Part shown: positions 38,750 through 46,897 of the stretch, piece by piece
Numbering within the stretch: position 1 is the stretch's first letter
Layout: the number at the start of each line of letters is the position of its first letter
From: a bacterium
GTDB lineage: Bacteria > Patescibacteriota > UBA1384 > 2-12-FULL-50-11
Length of the DNA: 64,000 nt
Reading direction: 5' to 3'
NCBI GenBank assembly: GCA_021463485.1
Contig: JAJTYJ010000001.1
Coordinates: 139,932 to 203,931, forward strand
The notes under the pieces: generated by a model
Told to the model about the DNA's origin: nothing
The model's database searches: none
What the model saw: the letters and a program-made list of their open reading frames with translations, nothing else
Position numbers and translations under genes: made by a program

Positions 38750-38766
38750 GATAGAGTTTGGCGAGA

Positions 38767-39750
38767 TCATGCTGCCAGGATTCTTTGGAGAAGGGCGGCT
38801 TCCGGCCGGAACGAGAACAGGATGCCGTTCTCAACAGATTGCGCCACTTCTTTAAGCGTCAATTTGGTCGGTTCGACGCCGGTGGCAGTCAGCGAGCCGT
38901 TCAAGCACATCCCGGTTTCCACCTGGAAGTGCCACTTCGGCATCCCGGAGATCGCCGCCTCTCCAAATAGGCGAGGATCCAGCGGCTCGATGGCGAGCCC
39001 GGCAAGCTTGGCCTCAGCCAGACGAATCCGGCCAACGACGTGCGGCATCAGAGCTGCCAGATCTTGGCGCGTCGGCAGGACCTGAATATTACCGCTGGAG
39101 CGCTCGATAATCAGGATTGAGATTCCTCGACCGTGTTTAGCTGAGCGCGCCACGCTCAGTAACTGATCGTTATCGCTGCGAATCGTAGCGATCCGCAGCT
39201 TTCTGCCGCTTGGCAGCTTAACGACTTGAGTCCTGGCTCTCGCGAGCTCGGGAACTGCGCTAGTGTGAAACCGGCGCTGTGCCCGGAGATGGGTCACAAT
39301 CTCCTCGATCGCCCACTCCAAAACTTTCTGGTCGCTCTGGCCGTCCTGGTACTTTGTTCGCATTGAGTGCGCCAAATCCATCATCGAGCTCCGACCCTGC
39401 AGGTCGTTTGCCTTAATCCAGTTAAGGACGTAGGCAACTTCCGGCCTATTGGCGACGCCGAGCGCCTTAGCGACCAGGGTCGCGCAGGTCTCGTTTTCGG
39501 TGCGGGCAGCAGTGTCGGTGGCGTGCTCGTTGAATCGTCCCGAACCGACGCCGACCTGTAGAATCCCTTGAGCTTCGAGCTCTTTAGGATCTTTGCCTTG
39601 GTAGTTCTGATACCCAGAGTCGATGAAGACAATCTGAGCATCTCGAGAGAGATTGAGTTGGTCGCCGCCGTACTCGCGCAACAGCGCGATCGCGGCGGCT
39701 TCGTCCGGGTGCGGACGACGATGAGTGACGATGTTATTGAATTTTCTCAA
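38767..39750 (-). CDS. MYG1/DHH-superfamily-like metal-dependent hydrolase (orphan cassette)
   Basis: IVTHRRPHPDE, VGVGSGRFNEH, CATLVA; TTG start with AGGAG SD. Confidence 0.55.
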   Translation of the reverse strand: MRKFNNIVTHRRPHPDEAAAIALLREYGGDQLNLSRDAQIVFIDSGYQNYQGKDPKELEAQGILQVGVGSGRFNEHATDTAARTENETCATLVAKALGVANRPEVAYVLNWIKANDLQGRSSMMDLAHSMRTKYQDGQSDQKVLEWAIEEIVTHLRAQRRFHTSAVPELARARTQVVKLPSGRKLRIATIRSDNDQLLSVARSAKHGRGISILIIERSSGNIQVLPTRQDLAALMPHVVGRIRLAEAKLAGLAIEPLDPRLFGEAAISGMPKWHFQVETGMCLNGSLTATGVEPTKLTLKEVAQSVENGILFSFRPEAALLQRILAA

Positions 39751-39803
39751 ATACTTCTCCTGTTTCCCTGAATAAAGGGTGCGAATTGGGCGAACTGTAC
39801 CAG

Positions 39804-39828
39804 AAAAACCTGGAAAAATCCAGGGTTT
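39804..39828 (-). terminator. Terminator after pnp
   Basis: CCTGGA...TCCAGG stem flanked by A/T runs. Confidence 0.65.
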
Positions 39829-39849
39829 AAGCTCTTAATCTAGCGGTAA

Positions 39850-41946
39850 TTAAACGCGCACTAACGAGATCCGACCGCGCTCCGGGTCGACGTCCTTAAC
39901 GCGAACCTTCACAGTCTCACCAACCGTCACAACGTCAGAGACGTTTTTAACAAACTGGCCGTTACCGAGTGCCGAGATGTGAATCATTCCGTCACGATTC
40001 GGCGTTAGCTGAACGATCGCACCGATGTCTTTACCGGAGTTGCGATCTTTCATAATCTGAACGACTTCCCCAGTAAACTCTTGACCAACCTCGATCGGCT
40101 TGCCGATACCTTCAACTATCGCTTTTACCTGAGCAGCCACGTCAGCATCCACGGTCGTAATCATTACAATACCGTCGTCGTCGATATCAATAAGCACAAC
40201 GTCTTTACCGCCGAAACTATCGATAATACCGTTGATCGTTTTACCGCCCGGTCCGATTAACTCGCCAATCTTTTCTGGATCGATTTTGGTTGAGATGATT
40301 TTCGGCGCGTACTTAGACAATTCTTTGCGCGGCTCTGAAATTACCTTCAACATTTCTTTCATGATTAGCTCTCGACCCTTCTTGGCGTCAGTAAAGGTTT
40401 GGTGGATCATCTCGGCGGTTAAACCTTTATTCTTTACGTCAAGCTGAATAGCAGTAATACCTTTTTCGGTGGCTGCGATCTTAAAGTCCATCTCGCCAGC
40501 AAAATCCTCGAGTCCCTGTAGATCGGTTAGAACTTGGAAATTATCGTCGGATTCGCTAACTAATCCCATCGCAATACCCGCGACTGGGGCTGTAATCGGC
40601 ACACCTGCGTCCATCAACGCTAATGTCGAGCCACAGGTTGCGGCCATCGAACTCGAGCCGTTCGAACCGAGCGTCTCTGAGACGAGTCGGATCGTGTACG
40701 GGAATACTTCTCGAGGCGGAATAACGGGAACGAGCGCTTTTTCGGCAAGTGCGCCGTGTCCGATCTCGCGGCGATTACCGCCGCCGAGACGCTTAACTTC
40801 GCCGGTTGCGTACGGAGGAAAATTGTAATGGTGGATGTAGCGCTTCTTACCGATCTCTTCGACTGTTTCGACCCACTGCTCTAAACTCGGTGCTCCGAGC
40901 GTAGCGATCGTTAAAGCCTGCGTCTCCCCGCGATTAAATAAACCGGAGCCGTGAACACGGGGAAGTAAACCAACCTCGATCGAAATCGGACGAACCTCAT
41001 CCATCTTGCGACCGTCTGGTCGTTGCTTCTTCTCCAAAATCAGTGATCGGACTGCTTTAAGGAACACAACATCCAACGCTTCCTTAACTAACGATTCTTC
41101 AAATTGTTCCAAAAAATGGGCCGTGGTCTCTTCGGTCAGTTTTAGTAAAAGTTCGTCTCTTTTTTGCAGATCGATTTCTGAAACAACGGACTCCATTTTT
41201 TTATAGGAATAGTCTTTGACAGCGGTCCAGTGTTCGGGTTCAACAAAGTCTACCTTCTCTTTATCTGCTCGGATCAATGCCCGTTGTGGCTCGATCGCTG
41301 CAGCGATCGCTTTCTGAGCAAATGCCAGCGCCTCCTCCATCTTCTCTTCGCCGATTTGGTTTGCTAGTACCTCGATCATGGTGATCTTTTTCTCGGTTCC
41401 AGCTGCAAGTAAGTCGAGCTCACTACTCTCCATCTGCTCGACTGTTGGGTTAAGGACGAAAGATCCGTCAACCAATCCAACCCGAACAGCAGCGATCGGC
41501 CCTTCGAACGGAGCGTCTGTTTGCAGTAACGCTGCCGAGGCACCGATTACCGCAATCGCAGTTGGATCGTGAGACTCGTCGTAGGAAAGTGTTGTAATAA
41601 TTACTTGAACGTCGCGACGGAACCCTTTGGGAAACATCGGTCGGATTGAGCGGTCAACGATGCGACTCTTGAGAATGGCTTCATCGGAAGGTCTACCCTC
41701 GCGCTTCATAAACTTAGAGCTAGAAATTTTACCGGCAGCGTACATTCGCTCTTCGTAATCAACTGTGAGAGGGAAAAAGTCTGTTCCTTCACGCGGTTCT
41801 TTTGCTAGCCCAACCGCAACTAGAATTACCGTCTCGCCGTAAGTAACTAACACGGAACCCGCCGCTTGTTTAGCGAGCTTGCCAGATTCGATTTTTAGTT
41901 CTGTCTCACCAAAGGGGATTGCTGCAGATAAGAGTTTGGCACTCAT
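39850..41946 (-). CDS. pnp: Polyribonucleotide nucleotidyltransferase
   Basis: FFPLTVDYEE, RREIGHG, SNGSSSMA, KH (IGPGGKTI) and S1 domains. Confidence 0.97.
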   Translation of the reverse strand: MSAKLLSAAIPFGETELKIESGKLAKQAAGSVLVTYGETVILVAVGLAKEPREGTDFFPLTVDYEERMYAAGKISSSKFMKREGRPSDEAILKSRIVDRSIRPMFPKGFRRDVQVIITTLSYDESHDPTAIAVIGASAALLQTDAPFEGPIAAVRVGLVDGSFVLNPTVEQMESSELDLLAAGTEKKITMIEVLANQIGEEKMEEALAFAQKAIAAAIEPQRALIRADKEKVDFVEPEHWTAVKDYSYKKMESVVSEIDLQKRDELLLKLTEETTAHFLEQFEESLVKEALDVVFLKAVRSLILEKKQRPDGRKMDEVRPISIEVGLLPRVHGSGLFNRGETQALTIATLGAPSLEQWVETVEEIGKKRYIHHYNFPPYATGEVKRLGGGNRREIGHGALAEKALVPVIPPREVFPYTIRLVSETLGSNGSSSMAATCGSTLALMDAGVPITAPVAGIAMGLVSESDDNFQVLTDLQGLEDFAGEMDFKIAATEKGITAIQLDVKNKGLTAEMIHQTFTDAKKGRELIMKEMLKVISEPRKELSKYAPKIISTKIDPEKIGELIGPGGKTINGIIDSFGGKDVVLIDIDDDGIVMITTVDADVAAQVKAIVEGIGKPIEVGQEFTGEVVQIMKDRNSGKDIGAIVQLTPNRDGMIHISALGNGQFVKNVSDVVTVGETVKVRVKDVDPERGRISLVRV

Positions 41947-41951
41947 CGCCG

Positions 41952-42329
41952 TTACTTACGTAGTCCGAGGCTGGCGATTAGTTTTTTATATTGTTCTGGT
42001 TGCTTTCTCTCTAAATAACCAAGAAGGCTGCGACGATGGCTAATCATTTTTAGTAAGCCCATACGAGAGTCGTTGTCTTTTTTGTGAGACGAGAGATGGG
42101 AAGATAATTGAGCGATCTTCTCGCTTAGAACTGCCACCTGTACCTCTGTTGAGCCGGTGTCTTTGGCGTTTCGCTGGAACTTCTTAATTGCGTCGCTCTT
42201 TTTTGATGGTTTTTTAGCAACTTTAGGCTCTGCTTTAGGTTCAACAGCAACAACCTCTTCGGTCTTCTTAGTTTTCTTAGTAGCTTTTTCGACTACCTCA
42301 GGAGTTTCTTTTGTAGTTTTCTTTGGCAT
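41952..42329 (-). CDS. rpsO: 30S ribosomal protein S15 with a Lys/Glu-rich N-terminal extension
   Basis: DTGSTEVQVA, HKKDNDSRMGL, LGLRK; start reassigned to MPKKTT; upstream of pnp. Confidence 0.93.
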   Translation of the reverse strand: MPKKTTKETPEVVEKATKKTKKTEEVVAVEPKAEPKVAKKPSKKSDAIKKFQRNAKDTGSTEVQVAVLSEKIAQLSSHLSSHKKDNDSRMGLLKMISHRRSLLGYLERKQPEQYKKLIASLGLRK

Positions 42330-42354
42330 TAGTGATAAAAGTTTACCAAATTTG

Positions 42355-43554
42355 CTACTTCTGTTCAAGGATCGTCTCAGGGAGTATCAGCGAGCCTTTC
42401 GCCGATTTCGATCGAACGAACTCGGTAATCTTGCGAATAATTTGCTCTTCCTGTTGATCGAGCGTGCCGTTAAGCGCGAAACCGGCAGCAGGGACATGGC
42501 CGCCGCCGCCGAAAAGTTTTGCGATCTCAGCAACGTTATAAGAAGGCTTAACTGAGCGTAAGCTTCCGTGAATCTCTTCACCTTTCTCACTTAACAGAAA
42601 AACGAAGTCGACGTTGGCGATACTCTTTAGTAGCTCATCAATAAGACCGCCCTTTGACTCATCTGGATCTGCTCCGACTTCGCGCATCTCGCTCTCTCGA
42701 AGCGTCGCCCAGGCAAATCGGAGTTCACGGTTCTCTTGGATATTTGACAGAATCTTTCCCCAGAGTTTCAACGTGATAAAACGCTTTGTTCGGTAAATCT
42801 TCTCAACGATCTCTTGCTGGCGAGCTCCGGCTGCGATCAACTGCGCGGCGACCGTTAGAGATTTCGGTGTCGTATTCATATTTTGGAAACTATCGGTATC
42901 GGTAATGAGGCCGGTTAGTAAGCAGGTGGCGATATCGGCATCCAGCAGCGTCTCTTGACGACCGAGCGATTCGATAAGTGAAACCAGCATCTCTGCCGTG
43001 GAGGTCGAAGTCATATCGACCCAGTTCACTTTGGCAAAGTACGAATTTGTTGGATGGTGATCGATAGAGATCGTTGGTGTTTCGTATAGTAAATCGGGAA
43101 AATCGGCGAGAATATCTCCCAGCAAGCTCAAATCAGCGGTGTCGAGAACGATAACCAGATCGTACTTAGGTCCGGATCTGGTAATAGTAACGTCTTCCGG
43201 CACCAACGTACCGCGTTGCGGCGAGATAATAATAGTTACCCGATGGTCTTCTGCCGACTTTTTATGGCCGAGTCGCAAATCTTCACCGGTCGAACGCGTA
43301 TCAATTGTAAGTAGTAAGTCGCTGCTGGCTTCAAGCTTCTTTGATAACAAACTCACCCCAGGCAAAAACTCGAGGCTTGGATTTAACCGACCTGAGATGG
43401 CGACATCCGCTGTTTTTTCGATTTTCTTTAGTGCCGCTTGCAGAGCCAGTGCCGAGCCAAGAGCGTCGCCGTCTGGATCTTGGTGGGTCAGGATGAGGAT
43501 ATTCTGCGAGCTGCGGATCAGTTCAACTGCTTGGGCTTTCGGTGTTAATTCCAT
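42355..43554 (-). CDS. DHH/DHHA1 phosphoesterase (NrnA-like) with an internal insertion domain
   Basis: HQDPDGDALGS, IDHH, TDTDSF, GGGGHVPAAG; start reassigned to MELTPK (GGAG SD). Confidence 0.88.
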   Translation of the reverse strand: MELTPKAQAVELIRSSQNILILTHQDPDGDALGSALALQAALKKIEKTADVAISGRLNPSLEFLPGVSLLSKKLEASSDLLLTIDTRSTGEDLRLGHKKSAEDHRVTIIISPQRGTLVPEDVTITRSGPKYDLVIVLDTADLSLLGDILADFPDLLYETPTISIDHHPTNSYFAKVNWVDMTSTSTAEMLVSLIESLGRQETLLDADIATCLLTGLITDTDSFQNMNTTPKSLTVAAQLIAAGARQQEIVEKIYRTKRFITLKLWGKILSNIQENRELRFAWATLRESEMREVGADPDESKGGLIDELLKSIANVDFVFLLSEKGEEIHGSLRSVKPSYNVAEIAKLFGGGGHVPAAGFALNGTLDQQEEQIIRKITEFVRSKSAKGSLILPETILEQK

Positions 43555-43678
43555 CGCGATGCTCCAGGGTTTCTGTCGACTTTCATACTGGGGACAGTAT
43601 ACCGCAAACGCTATGAGGTTCAAGAAGCTAACCGCCGTCTTTACCGAGCAGAATAAATCAGGTACAATTTGCTTCGAA

Positions 43679-43966
43679 ATGCCAATTAGTAATAGCGCCA
43701 AAAAAGCCTTGCGTAGCGCAGAGCGAAAGACATCACTTAATCGGTACCGTAAAGCTCGTCTTAAAGACGCGCTTCGAGTTACGGAAGACAAACAGGTTAA
43801 TACCGCTGTTTCGCTCATCGACAAAGCCGCCAAATGGGGGATTATCCACCCAAACAAGGCAGCTCGGCTAAAATCGCGCCTTTCGAAAAAATTCAGCTCA
43901 ACAAGTACCGCCGAAACAAAGAAAAGCGCGCCCAAAAAACCTAAAACTGCAGCCAAGAAGAAATAA
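43679..43966 (+). CDS. rpsT: 30S ribosomal protein S20 with a Lys-rich C-terminal tail
   Basis: MPISNSAKKALR...IDKAAKWGIIHPNKAARLKSRL; lies at the 3' end of the 43139-43966 track ORF. Confidence 0.93.
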   Translation: MPISNSAKKALRSAERKTSLNRYRKARLKDALRVTEDKQVNTAVSLIDKAAKWGIIHPNKAARLKSRLSKKFSSTSTAETKKSAPKKPKTAAKKK

Positions 43967-44004
43967 CGCTCGTCAGAGCGCTTAGTTCGTCGTAGACTAG
44001 TCGT

Positions 44005-44553
44005 ATGGGCGAGTCACGATTTTCCGGATTTTCGATTAATTTATTTAGCTTAATTCGAGCGGCGCTGTTGGTGGTAATCGGCGCAGCGATCTTTGTTGTC
44101 TTTATCGGTTTACCGTTGTTTGTGAGCGGCCAGAGCATGGAACCTAACTTCGAGTCGCGTGAGTTAATTTTCGTTGAGAAGCTAAGTTACGCCAACGACG
44201 GTGAGATTAGACGATTCGACGTCGTCGCTGCCAAGTTTCCAGCCGACCCGGACAAAACCAGACTCATTAAGCGAGTTATCGGTCTACCCGGAGAAACAGT
44301 TCGAGTTAGTAACGGAACGTTTACGATTAATGGCACGCCACTAACCGAACCATACTCGATAACATTAGGCGAGATGCCGTATACGGAGCTTGAAGAGGTT
44401 GAATTAAGAACTGGTGAGTACTTTCTAGCCGGCGATAACCGACCTGGTTCGAGCGACTCAAGGCTCTGGGGAGCGGTGCAGCGAAGCGACATTTTAGGAC
44501 GAGTTTGGGCGATCCTTCTGCCGATGAACAAGGCCCGGGTGCTAGTACGTTAG
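44005..44553 (+). CDS. lepB: Signal peptidase I
   Basis: VSGQSMEPN (Ser), LIKRVIGLPGE (Lys), GDNRPGSSDSR. Confidence 0.93.
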   Translation: MGESRFSGFSINLFSLIRAALLVVIGAAIFVVFIGLPLFVSGQSMEPNFESRELIFVEKLSYANDGEIRRFDVVAAKFPADPDKTRLIKRVIGLPGETVRVSNGTFTINGTPLTEPYSITLGEMPYTELEEVELRTGEYFLAGDNRPGSSDSRLWGAVQRSDILGRVWAILLPMNKARVLVR

Positions 44554-46079
44554 CGCGCTGCAGGTTGAGAGCTTGAGGCTAGTATATGAGATAAGTAGCC
44601 AAAAAGCGGGAATACTTTATTAGCAAACTGGTCGATTGTGGCGATATTTGCGGCGACATACCAATTCGGTTGGATAAACGGCAACTCATAAAAGCTCTGT
44701 GTCCATTCTACTTCGACGCCGAAAATAATTGCGTACGGCAGATAGCTTAAGTACTTCTCCTGGCTATGCGAGGCGAAGTTCGCCGGAGCCTTACTGCTAA
44801 GATACCTGCCAAAAGCGAGCCATTTAGCCAATTCACGATCACCAAAAACGGTGCGACTCGGTAGCGATTTCGCGAAGTGGGTAACAAACATCGCTGAGAG
44901 AATCATGCCGATCCAAAAGAACAGAAGACTCGGGATAGCGGTAAATACAAACAAATTACTAAAGAATCCGACCACCCCAAGCAGAAAGAGGAAGATACCA
45001 GCGTATTGGTAGCGTCGATGCAACCGCAGCGGATTGGTATAGAAGAACCCAAGCGCGTTAATTTTTCGGTAGGCAAGAATAAACGATTGACTAACTCGCT
45101 TACTAAAAACCTCTTGAGCTAGCGAGAAACTAACCTCGTCTGAGCTTGCCCGATTCGCAGACGGCCCGAAAATTTGCTCGAGCAGTACCTTCTCGAAGTC
45201 CTCCAGTTTTTCTTGGCTCTCAAGCCGCCGAAATCGATAATCGTCCACCGAGTAGTGGTGAATCGCCAAATGACCGCGACGCGCTAAATCTAATAGCGTC
45301 GCCGCTAGCTCCCTACTTGTGAGCCGACCGCGCAGCAGAATACCGACCAACGCCGGAGCTAAACGGCTCGGCGGGGCAGTCACCTCCTCTTTTAACGGAC
45401 TTACTCGTCTCGATCTGGCGACCGCGAGTACGAGCAATAGTAAGATTGTTAGCGCCGGTAACGCAATTGAGACACTTGTCCAAAGCGCGCTCGGAAGTTC
45501 TGACGCGCGCTCCTGTAGGGCAAAAAGCGCCGATCTCTGAATGAAATTCTTCGGAATCTCAAACTCGATCGCTAGCTGTGACTCTGTACCGACGTCCAGC
45601 GCCGTGAAATATATCACCTGTGATTCGATTAATTCGCTACTAGTACTTAAGGCGCCGCCGTTATTAATAAAACGGTGTCCGATCGTTTCTTCGGTACCAC
45701 TTTCTGGCAACCAAACTGCAGCAGCAATTTCGCTAGTAAACTCGGTTGGTCGGTTCACTACCTGCAATCGGTAACGGTACGTGGTCTCGGTACTAAATAC
45801 TTCTGGCGATTGTTTGGTTTTGCCGAAAATTAACGATCCGTCTTTCGTTAAGGTGTAAAGCAAGAGCGAGTCGCTTTGGAGTCTCGGATCGGCTGGTAGC
45901 ACCGGATCCTCTGCCCGAAGCGCAGAGCTCTGCAGGTAAACTCCGCCGCCAAGAAGCGTTAAACCGATTATTAGGAAAAAACCGGCAGAACGTCGGTACA
46001 GACCGATCTGTCCTAATAACTGAAAAAACCAGTTCGGTTGTTTAACTATGCGTGTATCTCCTCCCATACTTGTTCCCAT
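44550..46079 (-). CDS. DUF2207-like membrane protein
   Basis: PPSRLAPALVG, ATLLDLARRGHL, YLPYAIIFGVE; start uncertain. Confidence 0.75.
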   Translation of the reverse strand: MGTSMGGDTRIVKQPNWFFQLLGQIGLYRRSAGFFLIIGLTLLGGGVYLQSSALRAEDPVLPADPRLQSDSLLLYTLTKDGSLIFGKTKQSPEVFSTETTYRYRLQVVNRPTEFTSEIAAAVWLPESGTEETIGHRFINNGGALSTSSELIESQVIYFTALDVGTESQLAIEFEIPKNFIQRSALFALQERASELPSALWTSVSIALPALTILLLLVLAVARSRRVSPLKEEVTAPPSRLAPALVGILLRGRLTSRELAATLLDLARRGHLAIHHYSVDDYRFRRLESQEKLEDFEKVLLEQIFGPSANRASSDEVSFSLAQEVFSKRVSQSFILAYRKINALGFFYTNPLRLHRRYQYAGIFLFLLGVVGFFSNLFVFTAIPSLLFFWIGMILSAMFVTHFAKSLPSRTVFGDRELAKWLAFGRYLSSKAPANFASHSQEKYLSYLPYAIIFGVEVEWTQSFYELPFIQPNWYVAANIATIDQFANKVFPLFGYLSHILASSSQPAAR

Positions 46080-46897
46080 TGTAGCCGATAACCTGTCGGA
46101 TCGGGTAGGTAACGTCGTAGAAGCGCGATCGCGTCTTCCTCCTCAACAAGACCAGTTTTTAGCGCCAAATCGAAGTCAGCCAAGAGCTCGACTCTTTGGA
46201 GTCGATCCTCGATATTAGCTCGCGACCGCCGCAACGCCGAGGCGATGGCGCCGATAAGCATCTCGATCGGCTTACCCGAGCGATACTCCTCAACCAGAGC
46301 GTCGGCGACACTGCCCCATCGTTGTTGGTCGACAAAACGGAAAAGGGCAAATCGTTCCAATTCCCGACTATTACCACCCATACTTGACGCCTTCCCACCG
46401 CTAATTCGCGTGAAGATCGCGCTCTCAAGCGCCCACAAATCCGAACCGTTTTCTGCGATTAACTCTTTGTAGACTCCCAGCTCAAACGGCTCCGCACCAA
46501 GTTCTTTAGTAATACTTCGTAGTAGTGCCATTAGTTCGCGCTCATTCGGGTGATTGGCGAGAACTACTTTCGAGGCGCTATTTGCCACCGCCAACAACTG
46601 CTCGCCGAGTTTTTTACCGTCCCAGATCGCCACCACAGTAGTCGGTGGTAAAGCTTCGAGCGTTCGAGCCAGGCCCTCTTGTAGTTCGGCTGAGAGCAAC
46701 CCGGCGCGCTGGATAACAACCAAACGGCTGGAGGCAAAAAGAGGGACAGCCAACAAATCGGCCCAAGAGGTAATGCGCGAATCGCTGTCGAGCTCTAGTA
46801 ACTCTGCGTCGCTGTTTTTTGCTAAATATTTAGCTTTAATTTGCTTGATCGATCGCCTGGCTAAGTACTGGTTCTCGCCCGTTATAAAAATCAGCAT
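46046..46897 (-). CDS. holA: DNA polymerase III delta subunit (divergent)
   Basis: LIFITGEN, PLFASSRLVVI, DLALKTG; TAATG coupling to polA. Confidence 0.75.
   Translation of the reverse strand: MLIFITGENQYLARRSIKQIKAKYLAKNSDAELLELDSDSRITSWADLLAVPLFASSRLVVIQRAGLLSAELQEGLARTLEALPPTTVVAIWDGKKLGEQLLAVANSASKVVLANHPNERELMALLRSITKELGAEPFELGVYKELIAENGSDLWALESAIFTRISGGKASSMGGNSRELERFALFRFVDQQRWGSVADALVEEYRSGKPIEMLIGAIASALRRSRANIEDRLQRVELLADFDLALKTGLVEEEDAIALLRRYLPDPTGYRLQWEQVWEEIHA

Noticed and set aside
42355-43956. 533-aa minus-strand ORF and 275-aa plus-strand ORF overlapping head-to-head
   Set aside because: Both starts are over-extended. The real genes are the DHH protein from 43554 (-) and rpsT from 43679 (+), separated by a divergent promoter region.
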